This document shows positions 38,332-49,439 of a DNA stretch of 64,000 nucleotides, piece by piece. Under the pieces are notes generated by a model that was given only the letters and a program-made list of their open reading frames with translations, searched no databases and was not told the origin of the DNA. Each line of letters opens with the position of its first letter. The stretch's first letter is position 1. The stretch comes from Lama guanicoe (lineage: Eukaryota). Position numbers and translations under genes: made by a program. The stretch is from contig MU054187.1 in NCBI GenBank assembly GCA_013239625.1, positions 1,869,757 to 1,933,756 on the forward strand, written 5' to 3'.

Positions 38332-39195
38332 CTAGCGGAAAACCCCAGGGGAGGCTCATCTGCAATCATTAACTCAGGTTCAGGGACCTTGCTTCTGCCC
38401 TTGGTTTCATAACTGAATGGGTGTGTACGCCCAGATCCCATTCGGAAAGTGGGAAGAGGAACGTCTTCTTTCAGGAACCTGAGGACAATGTTAACTTGAG
38501 AAAGCAAAGCTGACGTGCATCCTTGGTGTCTTAGCAAAGTGAGGGACCAGCCCCAGGGACAATCACCATCTCTGAGGACTCACCCTACTCTTGGTTTTGG
38601 ATTCAATTTGAATAACATGTGGAAGATGCAGACCCAAACCCTGCACTAATTAGGCCTCGATAGTTCTCTTGTCTTCCAAGCTGTTCCGTAACGGGCAACC
38701 CGGAGTAATAGGAACAGAGTGAGAACTTACTAATAGAGTGATCTGGGCCAACTCCCTGGCCTGCTGTGTCTAACATGGCATTAGCAGGACCAAGCGTCCC
38801 CATCACCCGGTTATGAGGTTTAGACGGAGCAGGCGCACCCTGAGATAACCGCCTTCTCCATCCCCTGATGATCAGGGCACTAACATTAATAACTGGCATT
38901 TATGGACTGCTTTGAGATGTGAAGTGGACCAGGTCACATCTGTGGTTTAGCACATGATATTCACCCCCCCCCAGCACTTGCAAAGCCCCTGAGGGCTTTT
39001 AAATGACAACATGAGCTCTCTGCCTCCCAGGCCTTGGGATGCCAACATCCCCTGCAAGTCACCGTCTCCAGCACTGAGACCTCCAGCCCACAGTGTGCGA
39101 CCCCGTCCCAGGCGCACACATGGCTTCACATCCCTAAGAATGACGACTGTGAACAAAATCATCATAAAGATGCAAGCCTTTGAAAGGTAACTTAC

Positions 39196-39309
39196 ATTTC
39201 AGTTTTTGCCAAAAAAAAAACCCCAAAAAACAAAAAATGCAGCTTTTCTGGTAGGGGGACTGAGTGTGGATGCAAGGGGCTGCTGATAAACAGGGCAGGT
39301 TTCAGTCTG
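39196..39309 (-). pseudogene. LamG C-terminal exon remnant
   Basis: cactcag acceptor and AAT|gtaagt donor. ALFISSP...LPEKLHF, with T-runs expanded inside. Confidence 0.4.
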
Positions 39310-39365
39310 CTGAGTGAGGGACTGTTTCATAAAACTGAACTTTCTTCCCCACGCTTCACTGCTTC

Positions 39366-39900
39366 TTTTTAAAAATTTTTTAAATTTATTTATTTATTGA
39401 AGTATAGTTGATTTACAATGTTGTGTTAGTTTCTGGTGTATACCATGGTGATTCAGGTACACACATATATATTATTTTTTAGATTCTTTTCCATTATAGC
39501 TTATTACAAAGTACTAAATATAGTTCCCTGTGCTGCGCAGGAGGACCTTGTTGTTTATCTATTTTGTATATAGTAGTTTGTATCTGTGAATCCCAAACTC
39601 CCAATTTATCCTTCTCTCCTTCCCACTTTGGTAACCATAAGTTTATTTTCTATATCTGTGAGTCTATTTCTGTTTTGTAAATAGGTTCGTTCATCTCATT
39701 TTTTTAGATTCCACATATAAGTGATATCATGTGATGTGTGTCTTTCTCTGTCTGACTTACTTCACTCAGTATGTTGGTCTCCAGGTTCATCCACGTTGCT
39801 GCAAGCAGCCTCATTTCATTCCTTTTCATGGCTGAGTAGTGTTCTGTTGTACACACATCACATCTTTCTGCCGTCATCTGTGGATGGGTATTTTCATTGC
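39366..39900 (-). mobile_element. L1 3' fragment
   Basis: ttattgaagtatagttgatttacaatgttgtg...ttagattccacatataagtgatatc. Confidence 0.95.
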
Positions 39901-40059
39901 TTCTTTAATGTCACCTTTTGTGCCCCCATCACTCATTTCTTTCAGCTCATTTTTCCCCTTTGGTATTAATTTAGCTTTCTTCCTCTCACAGAACATATTC
40001 CAATGACTTAAAAGGTGGACAGTCTTTAGAAGGCCGCTATGTGTGCATATACTTGTGTA

Positions 40060-40061
<2 letters not shown>

Positions 40062-40094
<33 letters not shown>
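40062..40094. repeat. (TG)n microsatellite
   Basis: Seen directly. Confidence 0.97.
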
Positions 40095-40098
<4 letters not shown>

Positions 40099-40859
40099 TC
40101 CTGGATTATAAGTCGTGGCAGAGCCAGCCTTCCAGAGCCAAGGGCATTATGGTTCCCCCCATGTGCGGGTGCAGGCCTCTTCGGGGCGTCACACGGCCTG
40201 CAGCACATCTAAATACAGGCCTTTACAATGGGCGGGAGGCAGGGCAGGTGTTTCCCTAAGATGCTCTTGGTTTGTGGGATCCTGAACTCTCTAAGGAAGC
40301 CGTGTTTCTAAGACTGCTTCCCCCGGAGGCCGAGTGAGGGTCAGCGCCACCCCTCGGCGTCCCCAGGTCTGGAGCGTGAGCAGCCTGCCCTCCCAGCTAA
40401 GAGCCCCGCCTTTCACAGTGAGTGTCTGCATGGGGCCGGGAGCCATCCTGGGGCGGGAAGGGCCTCTGTCCTGTGTGTTTGCGGGTTATGTAAATGCCCG
40501 AGTGTAGCAGATCTCAGGGCGCTCACTGAACCCTGGACGGCAAACATTAAACGTGATCTTCAGATCTGCATTTGCCCTAGGATCCAGAAGGAATTTTCCA
40601 TCATTTTCTTTACGTGTCTAGTACATTAATATTTCCTTTATGTTAATATGCAGGTTGATTAATCTTGTTATCTTCATTTAATGTCCTAAGGAGCCAGGTG
40701 AGACGATGTTGCGATTTTAATGATCGCGGGCAGAAAGTACACCTGAGGGTCACTCGGGACGCGCCATCGCTTTCGAGGCATTTTGCCAGAAGAGCCTGGA
40801 GTTAATTAATTAATACTGGGAAGTCCCCTGCCGGTCCAGCTTTGAGAGGAGAAAAAAGT

Positions 40860-40960
40860 AATGGGAGTCTTCCCGGCCGTCGGCCAGCACACCTCTTCTG
40901 GGAGAATTAAAAGCCGACTCGGAACCCTGATACCAGGCGTCCTTTTTCAAGGAGCAGCTA
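40860..40960 (-). pseudogene. LamG core remnant
   Basis: ctctgtag acceptor. LLLEKGRLVSGFRVG then VLADGR (LamG 'L.L..GRL...F.LG...LADG.W'). Confidence 0.55.
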
Positions 40961-41630
40961 CTACAGAGCCACCGCGGGGGACAAACGCAGCGCGCGGCGC
41001 GCAGGGCCGCCTTGCCTCGGCGTGCGGGGTCCGTGTCAATCTCTCTCATAAAGCAAGTCACCTTGGGGGCTGCGCTGCAGTTTGTGCTGGTTCAGCACAG
41101 CTTGGGTGGGCGGCGATGTCACTCGGGCGGGCCTCGTGCTCACCTGGCAGGTAACTCCTGGGCCGGGCGGGGGGCGCAGCCGGCCTTCACCGCAGGGCGC
41201 ATGCGCGTGGCATCAGCAGCTGCTCAAAAACTGGGGACGCTGAGTGGTGAGGGGTCCTCACCTGCGTCTTCTAACCGCGGTGCGGGCTGTGTCTCCGCCG
41301 AGACCACGAGAGAGCCACGGAGACACAGAGAGAGGCAGGCCAGGGGGGCAGGAAGGACCAGAACGGGGGCGGGGAGCCGGCGCCTCCTGGCTGGCGCATC
41401 CTCGCTGCGCTGGCTGCTCCCTGAGACCTGTTTCCCTGGCGGCTGTTGTGCGCAACTGCTCCCTGCCGTCAGCTGACTTGCTTCCCTCCGGGGGCTCCTC
41501 GACCCCTCCGTTCACCAGCCCCCACCCCGTCTGAGCCACCTGAGGCGCCCTCCTCGGCCGCAGGAGGGGGTGCACCCCAGCACGCCGGGTCTGGTCCCCG
41601 CCGCGTCCACTGAGGGGCCTGGATGCGGCC
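40960..41630. promoter_or_regulatory. CpG-rich patch with NRF1 palindrome and GC box
   Basis: GCGCATGCGC at 41197-41206 and GGGCGGGG at about 41165-41172, in locally dense CpG. Activity not demonstrated. Confidence 0.3.
41144..41239 (-). pseudogene. EGF exon remnant
   Basis: cactcag acceptor and CAG|gtgagc donor. CHAHAPC / GCAPARPRSY / TCQ across frameshifts. Confidence 0.5.
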
Positions 41631-42274
41631 CATAAATACACGTCTCTCTAGCCGATGTATTTATGTATCAGCTTGCGGGTTTATTTGTATTTGTATCCTA
41701 TGTCTGTATGCTCATTAGCCTCGTGTGTCATATGTACGTTACATGACACACACGTCTCCTGACTCGCTCTACAGCCCAGGGGAATAAACGTGGATTTATT
41801 AAGAGGTCACTTCCCAACCTGCACACCCACACACACCTGTGTACACACATACACACACATACTGACACAGCCGACCTTCCTCCACCCGGAGGCACAAAGA
41901 GAGAGACCTGTATGTTTCAGGGAGGAAGTTGTGTCCACGGGCACAAAGCCTGAACATCGTAGCTCCAGAGCACACTCCGGGAGTGGGTGAGTGACAGCAC
42001 ATCGTTACACTGACAGCTTCCACCAGATGGTTTACCCGTTCCTTCCTGTGAGATGTGTGTGTGGTCCGTCCGAAGGCACAGGGAAACCCAGCTCTGGGGT
42101 CATGACTGTGTAGTGGACGAGCAGTTGGCTTAAAGCAGTCATTTCAGTGATAATAGTCATAATGGTCAATCTGTTTATATGCAGCTGGTGCTCAGTAAAT
42201 ATTCTGGGGGGTGGGGAGAAAAGGAAGGGTTCCTCCTCTCACATCCCACACCACCAAAACAGAGCTCTGATAAG

Positions 42275-42365
42275 TAATATATATGCGTATAACTCAATCA
42301 CCATGCTGCAGCCCAGAAACTAACACAACACTGTAAATCAGCTGTAGTTCAATGAAAAAATTACA
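42275..42365 (+). mobile_element. L1 extreme 3' end
   Basis: ccagaaactaacacaacactgtaaatcagct. Confidence 0.8.
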
Positions 42366-43714
42366 ATTAGAAAATTAAAATTTTAAAAAGCAGAAAAAAG
42401 AACACTATCTTAAAAGGACCATTTAAAGAACAAAAAGAGTTCCTCATAATTAAAAATATCACAGCATAAATTTTACATTCAAAAAAAATATTGGAAGATG
42501 AAAAAATATACATATGCATATAAAATGTGTAACAAATGCGTTTAACAAATACAACAACATGAGTTGTTTTCCATTATAAAGTACAGTTACTCATTGTTAT
42601 GTGTTAAAAATTAAATATGTATCAGGCAATCTAAACAGTAATCAAAATAGATTTACTATTGTGGAGAAACATTTCTCATAGGGCAGAAATATTTAATTGA
42701 TGGACTTCATTTTGATTGTGGGTCTGAATTTGTACTGCCTTGATGTAACTTTTTCTTTTTTCATTTCTAAGAACTGTGATTACAAAATTTTCTCTGAGAC
42801 ATCTTGAAATCCCTAAACTTTACTCAGTGTTTCTTTCCACCTTTAACTTGAGAAGAGACTTTTCTTAGGACAAAAGCACCCACTCGGACCTAGAACTCAT
42901 GCATGCTTCCAGAGACTGGAAGGCACGGCGAAGACACTGCCTCCATTTCACCAAGGAGCAACCAGTGTGCCTTATGCTTTTTAAGCCAAAATTCAGTAGA
43001 CCCTCCAACGTGCTAGAACGTGTCATTCAACCATGCTACAGGACCTTCGTATTACCTCCACTTTGCAGACGAGGACGCTGGTTCTGGGCTAGGCTGGGAA
43101 AGCTGTCCCCAAACCCAGAGCATGTGAACAGCCGAGGGGGAATCAGGTTCTCCAGCCCAAGCTCTCATCCACCGAGCCTTTCCCACCTGCTCAGAGAGAA
43201 TCAGCTGTGCTCTGAGCGCACCAGGCACTGTGAAGTGAGACACGTATTTTGAGGTTTTAAACAGGAAATTCTTCCAGTGAGTGTCTCCTAAACGTTTCTC
43301 CAGGGAAAGTTTGCTGCATTTTCTTGTGTAACTCATCATTCTACCAGAACAAGACTTGCTTGGCATTTTCTATTAAGAAAAAGAAAAAAGATGTTGAAGA
43401 GAAAAGACAAGTGGCTGAGAGGACCCCACTGAGAACTCTTTAAAGGAAGCGACCCACTCGGTGGGGGTGCCTGTGTCAGACTCATTTCTCAGCCAGGAAG
43501 CCACCAGGCTGAATAGACAGGTTGTAGTTTCGGCTGAAAGGAGACAGAAGATGATTTCAAGGAAAAGAATGCTGATAACAATAGGCGTCTTGAAAAGAGC
43601 AAAGGATGGAAAAAAGACAATGTCAAAGTGAAGTCAGAGGGAAATTTGGGGGGAGGAGAAAAACAGAAGCTGCAGACAAGAAAGACAGCTTCCAGAAGAG
43701 ACAGAGGAACACAC

Positions 43715-43967
43715 CTCTCCTCGTTCTTTCTTTGCATTTTTATAAACTTTGAACCTGCGGTCGCTTTCACTGACAAATACCACGCACAATATGGAAACCT
43801 TCAGTCCCGGGGGAAGACGACCTTCCTGTTCCTGAAACTTGGCCACAGCAGACAGAGTATCTTGTTCTAGGCGTATGGGGTATTGATAACTGCATTCATT
43901 ATCATTTTTACCAGCACAAATACACAAGTTTCTGCAACGCCTCCAAGGAAGCCAAGGGCCTCCATGT
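43715..43967 (-). pseudogene. EGF + LamG start exon remnant
   Basis: cttgtacag acceptor and GAG|gtgtgt donor. RCRNLCICAGKNDNECSYQYP..EQDTLSAVAKF. Confidence 0.5.
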
Positions 43968-44559
43968 CTGTACAAGGGAGTCATTTTGGGAGACTGGGTC
44001 ACTCTGTCCCAGGAGGAACCCTTGTCAGCTACAAGGTACCTTTTTAGGCCATCTGCCCTCCCGTGCAGGACAATAAGATTGCACTTAGATGGCCCGACTC
44101 TTGTACCTTTCACATTTTATTTTATATTCTCTGCAAAATATTTGATGTCACAGAATACCTGGGTTCATTGAAACAACTTGAATCCTTCTTCCACACTTTA
44201 GTGAACCATACTTAGGTTATCTCCCCCACTTCGTTCCTTTTCTGATATAATAAATGCATAGATAAACACATTTTCACTAAGAAACATCACGTTTGACAAA
44301 CTCTACTTTCTAATTTTCCTTTGTTTCAGTTGATGATATGATTTAAACAATAGGGAAAAATATTATTTCCCATGATTCACAATTTCTTGGAAGTGCATTT
44401 TTGACCAAATAGGAAAGCACCCATGTGTACAGCTTACGTACGGTTTGGGACGCTCACAGAAAGATCATTCTCCCAGGTTCTAGAAACCTGGACCGTGGGA
44501 TTGCATTACTAGAGAATCTAAATTCAATCAATAATATATAGACAAATACTGGATTTGGA

Positions 44560-44830
44560 TTTGGTTCCATTTTTCCTGGTCTGCAGGACATCCTTCTAGG
44601 AAATCATCTTGCCTCATTTTGAGAATCTGTTAAAATTTGTCCCCAGGCAATGAGGCCTAAAGGAACCCTAGGACTTTTCCAAAGAGAGCTGTGAAAAAAT
44701 GCGTTTTCCCAGAGCTGCCCCTTGCTCTGTATTTCCCTGTGCTGACTGTTACAACCACAGTCTCCATCCAACCAGCTCCCGTGCTTCCTGTTACTGGCTC
44801 CCCTTGACAGCCTCTGACAACTCAGGAGCC
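44560..44830 (-). pseudogene. EGF end + LamG remnant resembling the last LamG of EYS
   Basis: AGWM...TVSTGKY and GLIAWGQILTDSQNE/QDDFL, compare EYS LGWVG...FSTAKF and GLIVWMGIAQNEENDFL. Boundaries approximate. Confidence 0.55.
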
Positions 44831-45963
44831 CTGCGCCCTCCAAATGGCCCACCCACACCCTGACCCGCAGGCCTAGCCCCACCCTCTGCCCCCACCACCA
44901 GCTTCTTCTTTCAGAGAAGTTAAACTGTGGCCACAACTTGTTGGATAAAGAACAAAATTACAGTACTTGCAAAGAATACCTTGCAAATGGAACAGGAGAT
45001 CTCAAATTTCTTTTTTTTTTTTTGACTCAACACTATAAAATTTTATTTCTAGAGTTCTACGTTATTTTATTAATTTTTTTCCCACTGAGTGATACAGACA
45101 TCCGCTGTCTCACACCTCCTGGTCATCACCTGGTTGCCTAAAAGGGACCCTAAACTTACTACACCTAAAATGGAATGCAAGTCCACTATCCAAAACAAAA
45201 CAATTTTAAAAATAGTTCTTTTTTCAAGGTTCTAGGCTCCAGGCAACAGCACAGCCATTCTGAAACTCAGGAATCTTCTATGACATATCCCTTCCTGCCA
45301 TCAACCTTAGCCTGTCACCAATCCTGATATAAATTCCTAAATACTGCTACAAACCTGCCACTACTCGTTTCCCCCGCCTTCTGCTGGGACTTCTGAAATC
45401 CTCCTGGCCGGTTACACAAAGCTCTGGGCTCCTTCCTTCAATCCATTCCCCACACCACAGCCAGCAAGGTGATCCCGCCAGGACATCTCTGATTCTGTTA
45501 CCCCCAGACTTAAACCCTTCAGGGGCCTCCCACCATTGTTCAAATAAGACAGTAGTGCTTCAGCAGTGGCCAGGTCACGTCTGTTAGGCCCCTCCGTCTC
45601 TCCTGCCTCTACTGTCCTCACATCCCAGACGATGCACTGTCTACCCTCCTCACCATGTTAACATTTATCTCAAGAGTGAGTCACTAGGAAACAAAAATGC
45701 AGCTCATGGACTTTCTCACCAACGTTATACCTTGCTTTTTGGATTATGTAGCTGAAAATCTGACAAAATTCACAGAGCTGTCTCAGGAGCCAGGTCTGAA
45801 AGTTCTGCCTTCCACCATCAGGAGGAAAAGACAGATGACCCAGACTAATGGCCTGAGGGGTAACTGGAGAGAAGGGCTGGAAAAGCCCTGCGATAAGTTC
45901 CCTCTAGTCCCCTATTACACACGTATGCACATAAAGTTCTCATAAAGAAAATATGTGAGGAGG

Positions 45964-46210
45964 GGGGTCCACTGACACCCAGGGCTGGACGTGGGCAGTG
46001 GGGGTCCGCTGACACCCAGGGTTGGATGTGGGCAGTGGGGGTCCGCTGACACCCAGGGCTGGGCGTGAGCAGGGGGGGTCCGCTGACACGCAGGGCTGGA
46101 CGTGAGCTGAGGGGATCCGCTGACACCCAGGGTTGGATGTGGGCAGTGGGGGTCCGCTGACACCCAGGGCTGGACGTGAGCAGGGGGGGTCCGCTGACAC
46201 CCAGGGTTGA
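45964..46210. repeat. 37-bp GC-rich minisatellite, about 6.7 copies
   Basis: ctgacac recurs at 45972, 46009, 46046, 46083, 46120, 46157 and 46194. Confidence 0.95.
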
Positions 46211-46320
46211 GACATTCTTCTAGGAAGCCATCTTGCCTCATTTTAAGAGTCTGCCCCTTACCTAGTCTCTGCCACAATCCACTGTTGTGCCTAAGATTTT
46301 TTTCCTGCTTTTCAAATACC
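46211..46320 (-). pseudogene. LamG remnant abutting the minisatellite
   Basis: NSGLWQRLGKGQTLKMRQDGFLE. Shares a 43-bp near-identical block with the 44.6-kb exon. Confidence 0.45.
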
Positions 46321-46639
46321 TTCTTTTCATAGGATTTTGACACAAGGCAGGGCAGCCAGTTTAGAACAGGTCAGTCAGGGCGATCAGACTAACATACACT
46401 CTCGTGGACTCACGTCACTGAAATGTGGGGAAGTCATTTTCAGAAACCACTTTATTCCAAACCTTTCAGAACCCAGTAAAGATGTTTGTTTTTCAAAAGG
46501 TGGCTTAATGATCATTCTCTCTGACATTAAACGATGGAAAGTCAACAGTGTGACATTTGCCATAAGAAAAACAGCAAGATGGGGCTGAGAAACACAGTAA
46601 CAAGAGCTGCCCTGCAGCAGCCAGGAAGTCTGGGCTGAT

Positions 46640-47447
46640 TCCTCGGTGCAATTTGTTTCTTTTCGTCTGGCAAAGGTTTTGGCTTCGGTTCCGTGTTCTT
46701 TGATTATTATTATGCCTGTCTACTAGTGGAAACTGCAAGTCCTCTTTCTGTCTCTCCACCCGGAAGACAAAAATCTGCTTTGAAGGCACGCGGGTTTGGA
46801 AGAAAACCGTCCCAGCACTGACTTTGAAGACGCGGAGGCTCTTGCTCCCCTTCAGCCCGTTCACCAGACGGTTGCCGCGTGACCGAGTCTCCCCACCCGG
46901 GCAGCAAAGACCCCAGTGGGCAGTTCAAGGGGCAGAGACGGAACCAGAGACCCATCGTGGGCTCTCCTGGAACCAACCTGTGCAGGGGGAGCTGTCGGCT
47001 TTACTGCTGGTGTAGCGGGCGTCTCACAGAGACCCCAGAGCTTCTCCGTTTGCAGGGGAGCCCTCGCTAAACTCGTCACGGGACCCCCCGGCCTCAGGAA
47101 TGGTGGGTTACAAACCCTGCTTCCCCCAGTGGTGGTCTTAAGAACCAGAGCCCCCGAAGAAGTGCTACCAGTTACAGCCTGGAGGGTCTCCTGCTGCTTT
47201 TGCTCAAACTTTAAGACCAAACTGACCCACGACAATTCTCTGTGCGCTTCATACGTGGTGACCGTGTCGTATCTGTCATCATAAGAACATCTGGACGAAC
47301 TGGACAGCAACTTGCAAAGGAAAATGCCATTCCTGGGGGATCACATTTAAAACGTAGAGATGACAGCTACAGCAATGCCAAGGAATGCTCCTTTTTAACA
47401 GCGTATCTGGTGCTTCCCAACGCACAGGGGAAGTCTGTAACCTGCAC
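46640..47447 (-). pseudogene. EGF + LamG + EGF + LamG remnants (one or two exons)
   Basis: tattgcag acceptor at 47447. GAGY../PCALGST../RC*KG (EGF end), SPRNGIFL, LNCPLG..LPGW, then LKGSKSLRVF...VFFQTRVPS.QIF...LQFPLVD (LamG start). Internal boundaries uncertain. Confidence 0.55.
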
Positions 47448-48149
47448 CTGCAATAGCGTATGAAGGAGCCGCAGCACGGCAGCACTCGGGAAGGGGACGG
47501 GGTTTCACGAACTCGGTTACTGGAACATTCCTTCAGACAGCTAGCTCAGAGAGTGGGCTCACTTTCTGTCAGCAGAACAGACCAACGGGTCACTGCAACC
47601 CAGCCGCCTCCAACAGTGTGCGCTGACGAGCTCTCGGTTCTCCCGGCCGAGTTCACGCACAGGACGACTGCGTCTCCACTCAGGGTCTCACGAGAGCGAA
47701 ACCAAGGCCCGGGCAGGACCGGGCACGCCTGGGACCAGAGCCTCCTCCGGGCTCGCCCACCTTGCGGCAGGACGCAGTCCCTGCGGCTGTAGGACTGCGG
47801 CCCCTGGTCCTTCGCTGGCTGTCGGCCTCTCCAGGCCGTTCCTAGTTCCCTCCACGTGGCTCCACCAGCCTCAAGTTTGGCAGCAGCAGATCTCACACGG
47901 GACCCTCTCCTGCTGCTCTGGCCTCTAGGCCAGATGTAAAGGGCTCAGGGGACAGCTCAGGCTCACTGAGGACTGCTCCCATCTCAAGGTCCCCTGTGAC
48001 ATGTAACAGATCCTGCTCGCGGGAACGTGCTCCATCCGGGTCACAGGCCCAGGGGCGCAGGCTGTGGAGAGGGGCCGTTTGAGAATCTCCCGCCACGTGA
48101 AGGTTTGAAATCTACCCCCGAGCTCCCACGTCCACGTTCACCTGCCGGC

Positions 48150-48350
48150 TTTCCCCCCAGGCGTCTGGGCTCCAGGGCAGCCCAGTGGGGGGCGCTGGAC
48201 TGAGGACAGTGGGCCGGGGCCCCCAGGGGCTGCCCCGCTCCGCCGCCCACCACGGAGGGCCCCCCGCCCAGCTCGGGAAGCCGGCCGCGCGCAGGTCACG
48301 TGAGGCTGTGCTCCCGCTGGCGCGCCCCTCCCCCGCCGCCGCTTCCCTCG
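48150..48350. promoter_or_regulatory. CpG-rich patch with USF-type E-box and GC boxes
   Basis: GTCACGTGA at 48295-48303 with several CCGCCC nearby. Activity not demonstrated. Confidence 0.25.
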
Positions 48351-48628
48351 TTCTATTTCGGTTGCCTGGATGTCACTCATTTGTGCGGATCTTTCCACAC
48401 CTTTAATTGCTCTTCGCTTCCCACGCCTATTAAGTTTTCTCACCCTTTGATATTGGCATTAGGAACATTTGAGATAATTTGCCAAACAATGTTTTCCCAC
48501 TGCTGTTTTCTGTAAGTCGCACTGCTTTGCCTTTAACCCTGTGTTAATTCTGCTGTGAAGCGTTCGGCTGCACGGAGCGAGGTGATTCTACCAAGGAGAC
48601 GGAGGCCTCCTCCGATCGGAAGCCTTAC

Positions 48629-48720
48629 CTGTTCTTTCGGCTAGTAACTCAGAGTAGAGGCAATTCAATCTCGCAAAGTTGCTTTGAAACACAGAAGTTG
48701 ATTTTACACGACTCCATCTC
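48629..48720 (-). pseudogene. Exon remnant (LamG 'GRW.RV' segment)
   Basis: tgtgtcag acceptor and CAG|gtaagg donor. One open frame reads RWSRVKSTSVFQSNFARLNCLY. Confidence 0.5.
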
Positions 48721-49254
48721 CTGACACACAGCCGGGGGGGGGGGGTCTATCCCCCAGGCCCGGAGCACCATTCTCCTCGCTGAAGCGCAGAATGATTACC
48801 ACCAGCACTAGAACCGCGTCTTCAAATCCCGACATTTCACGGGTATCTTTTCGGGATGTTCCGGAGGCCGGGCCTGTTTCCGACTTGTGTGAGTAAACAG
48901 AGCTCCTCACTCCTTCCCCGGGTCCTCACCCGCTGGGGCACGGGGCGCGGGTCCCGCCCCCAAAGAGCAGAGACCACATCCCCAGCGAGGACGAGAGCAG
49001 CTTCCCAGGTTCCAGAAAGCCTGCCGCCCCTTTCAGCACGTCTGCGACCTTGGGGATCAGCCGACGGGGTTCCACTCCTACCCGTGGCGGCAGGAGCGGA
49101 CTTTCACACTGATTCTCCAGCAGCGCTGCCGCTCCAGCCCTGCCCCATCACCCGTGCCCCGCCCCCGCCCACACAGTGGGACCCACGTCTTAAGACGCAC
49201 CCTGGTGCCCTCTAGACCGAGAAGGATGCGGGTTTCTCTCCGCTTTGTTCTAAC

Positions 49255-49439
49255 GCACAGCTTAAAGGCGTCTCCCTGGTTGTCGCTGGACTCAGCTGTG
49301 AAGGAGGACTGGAAAACACGAAGGGCTCCAGCGTGAACCTTGGAAGCAGTTAGACGGGGAAGTTCTGAGGAGCGCTCCGCGGAAGAAGCTGAAGACGGAG
49401 CACTCCGAGACCGCTTTCCCACACTTACAGTAAGCACAG
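49255..49439 (-). pseudogene. EGF end / LamG start exon remnant
   Basis: tcttcttttcag acceptor. AYCKCGKAVSEC then ELPRL...FTAESSD across frameshifts. Confidence 0.4.

Noticed and set aside
45964..46210. CRISPR-like array
   Set aside because: Head-to-tail repeats with no unique spacers, in mammalian DNA with no cas genes.
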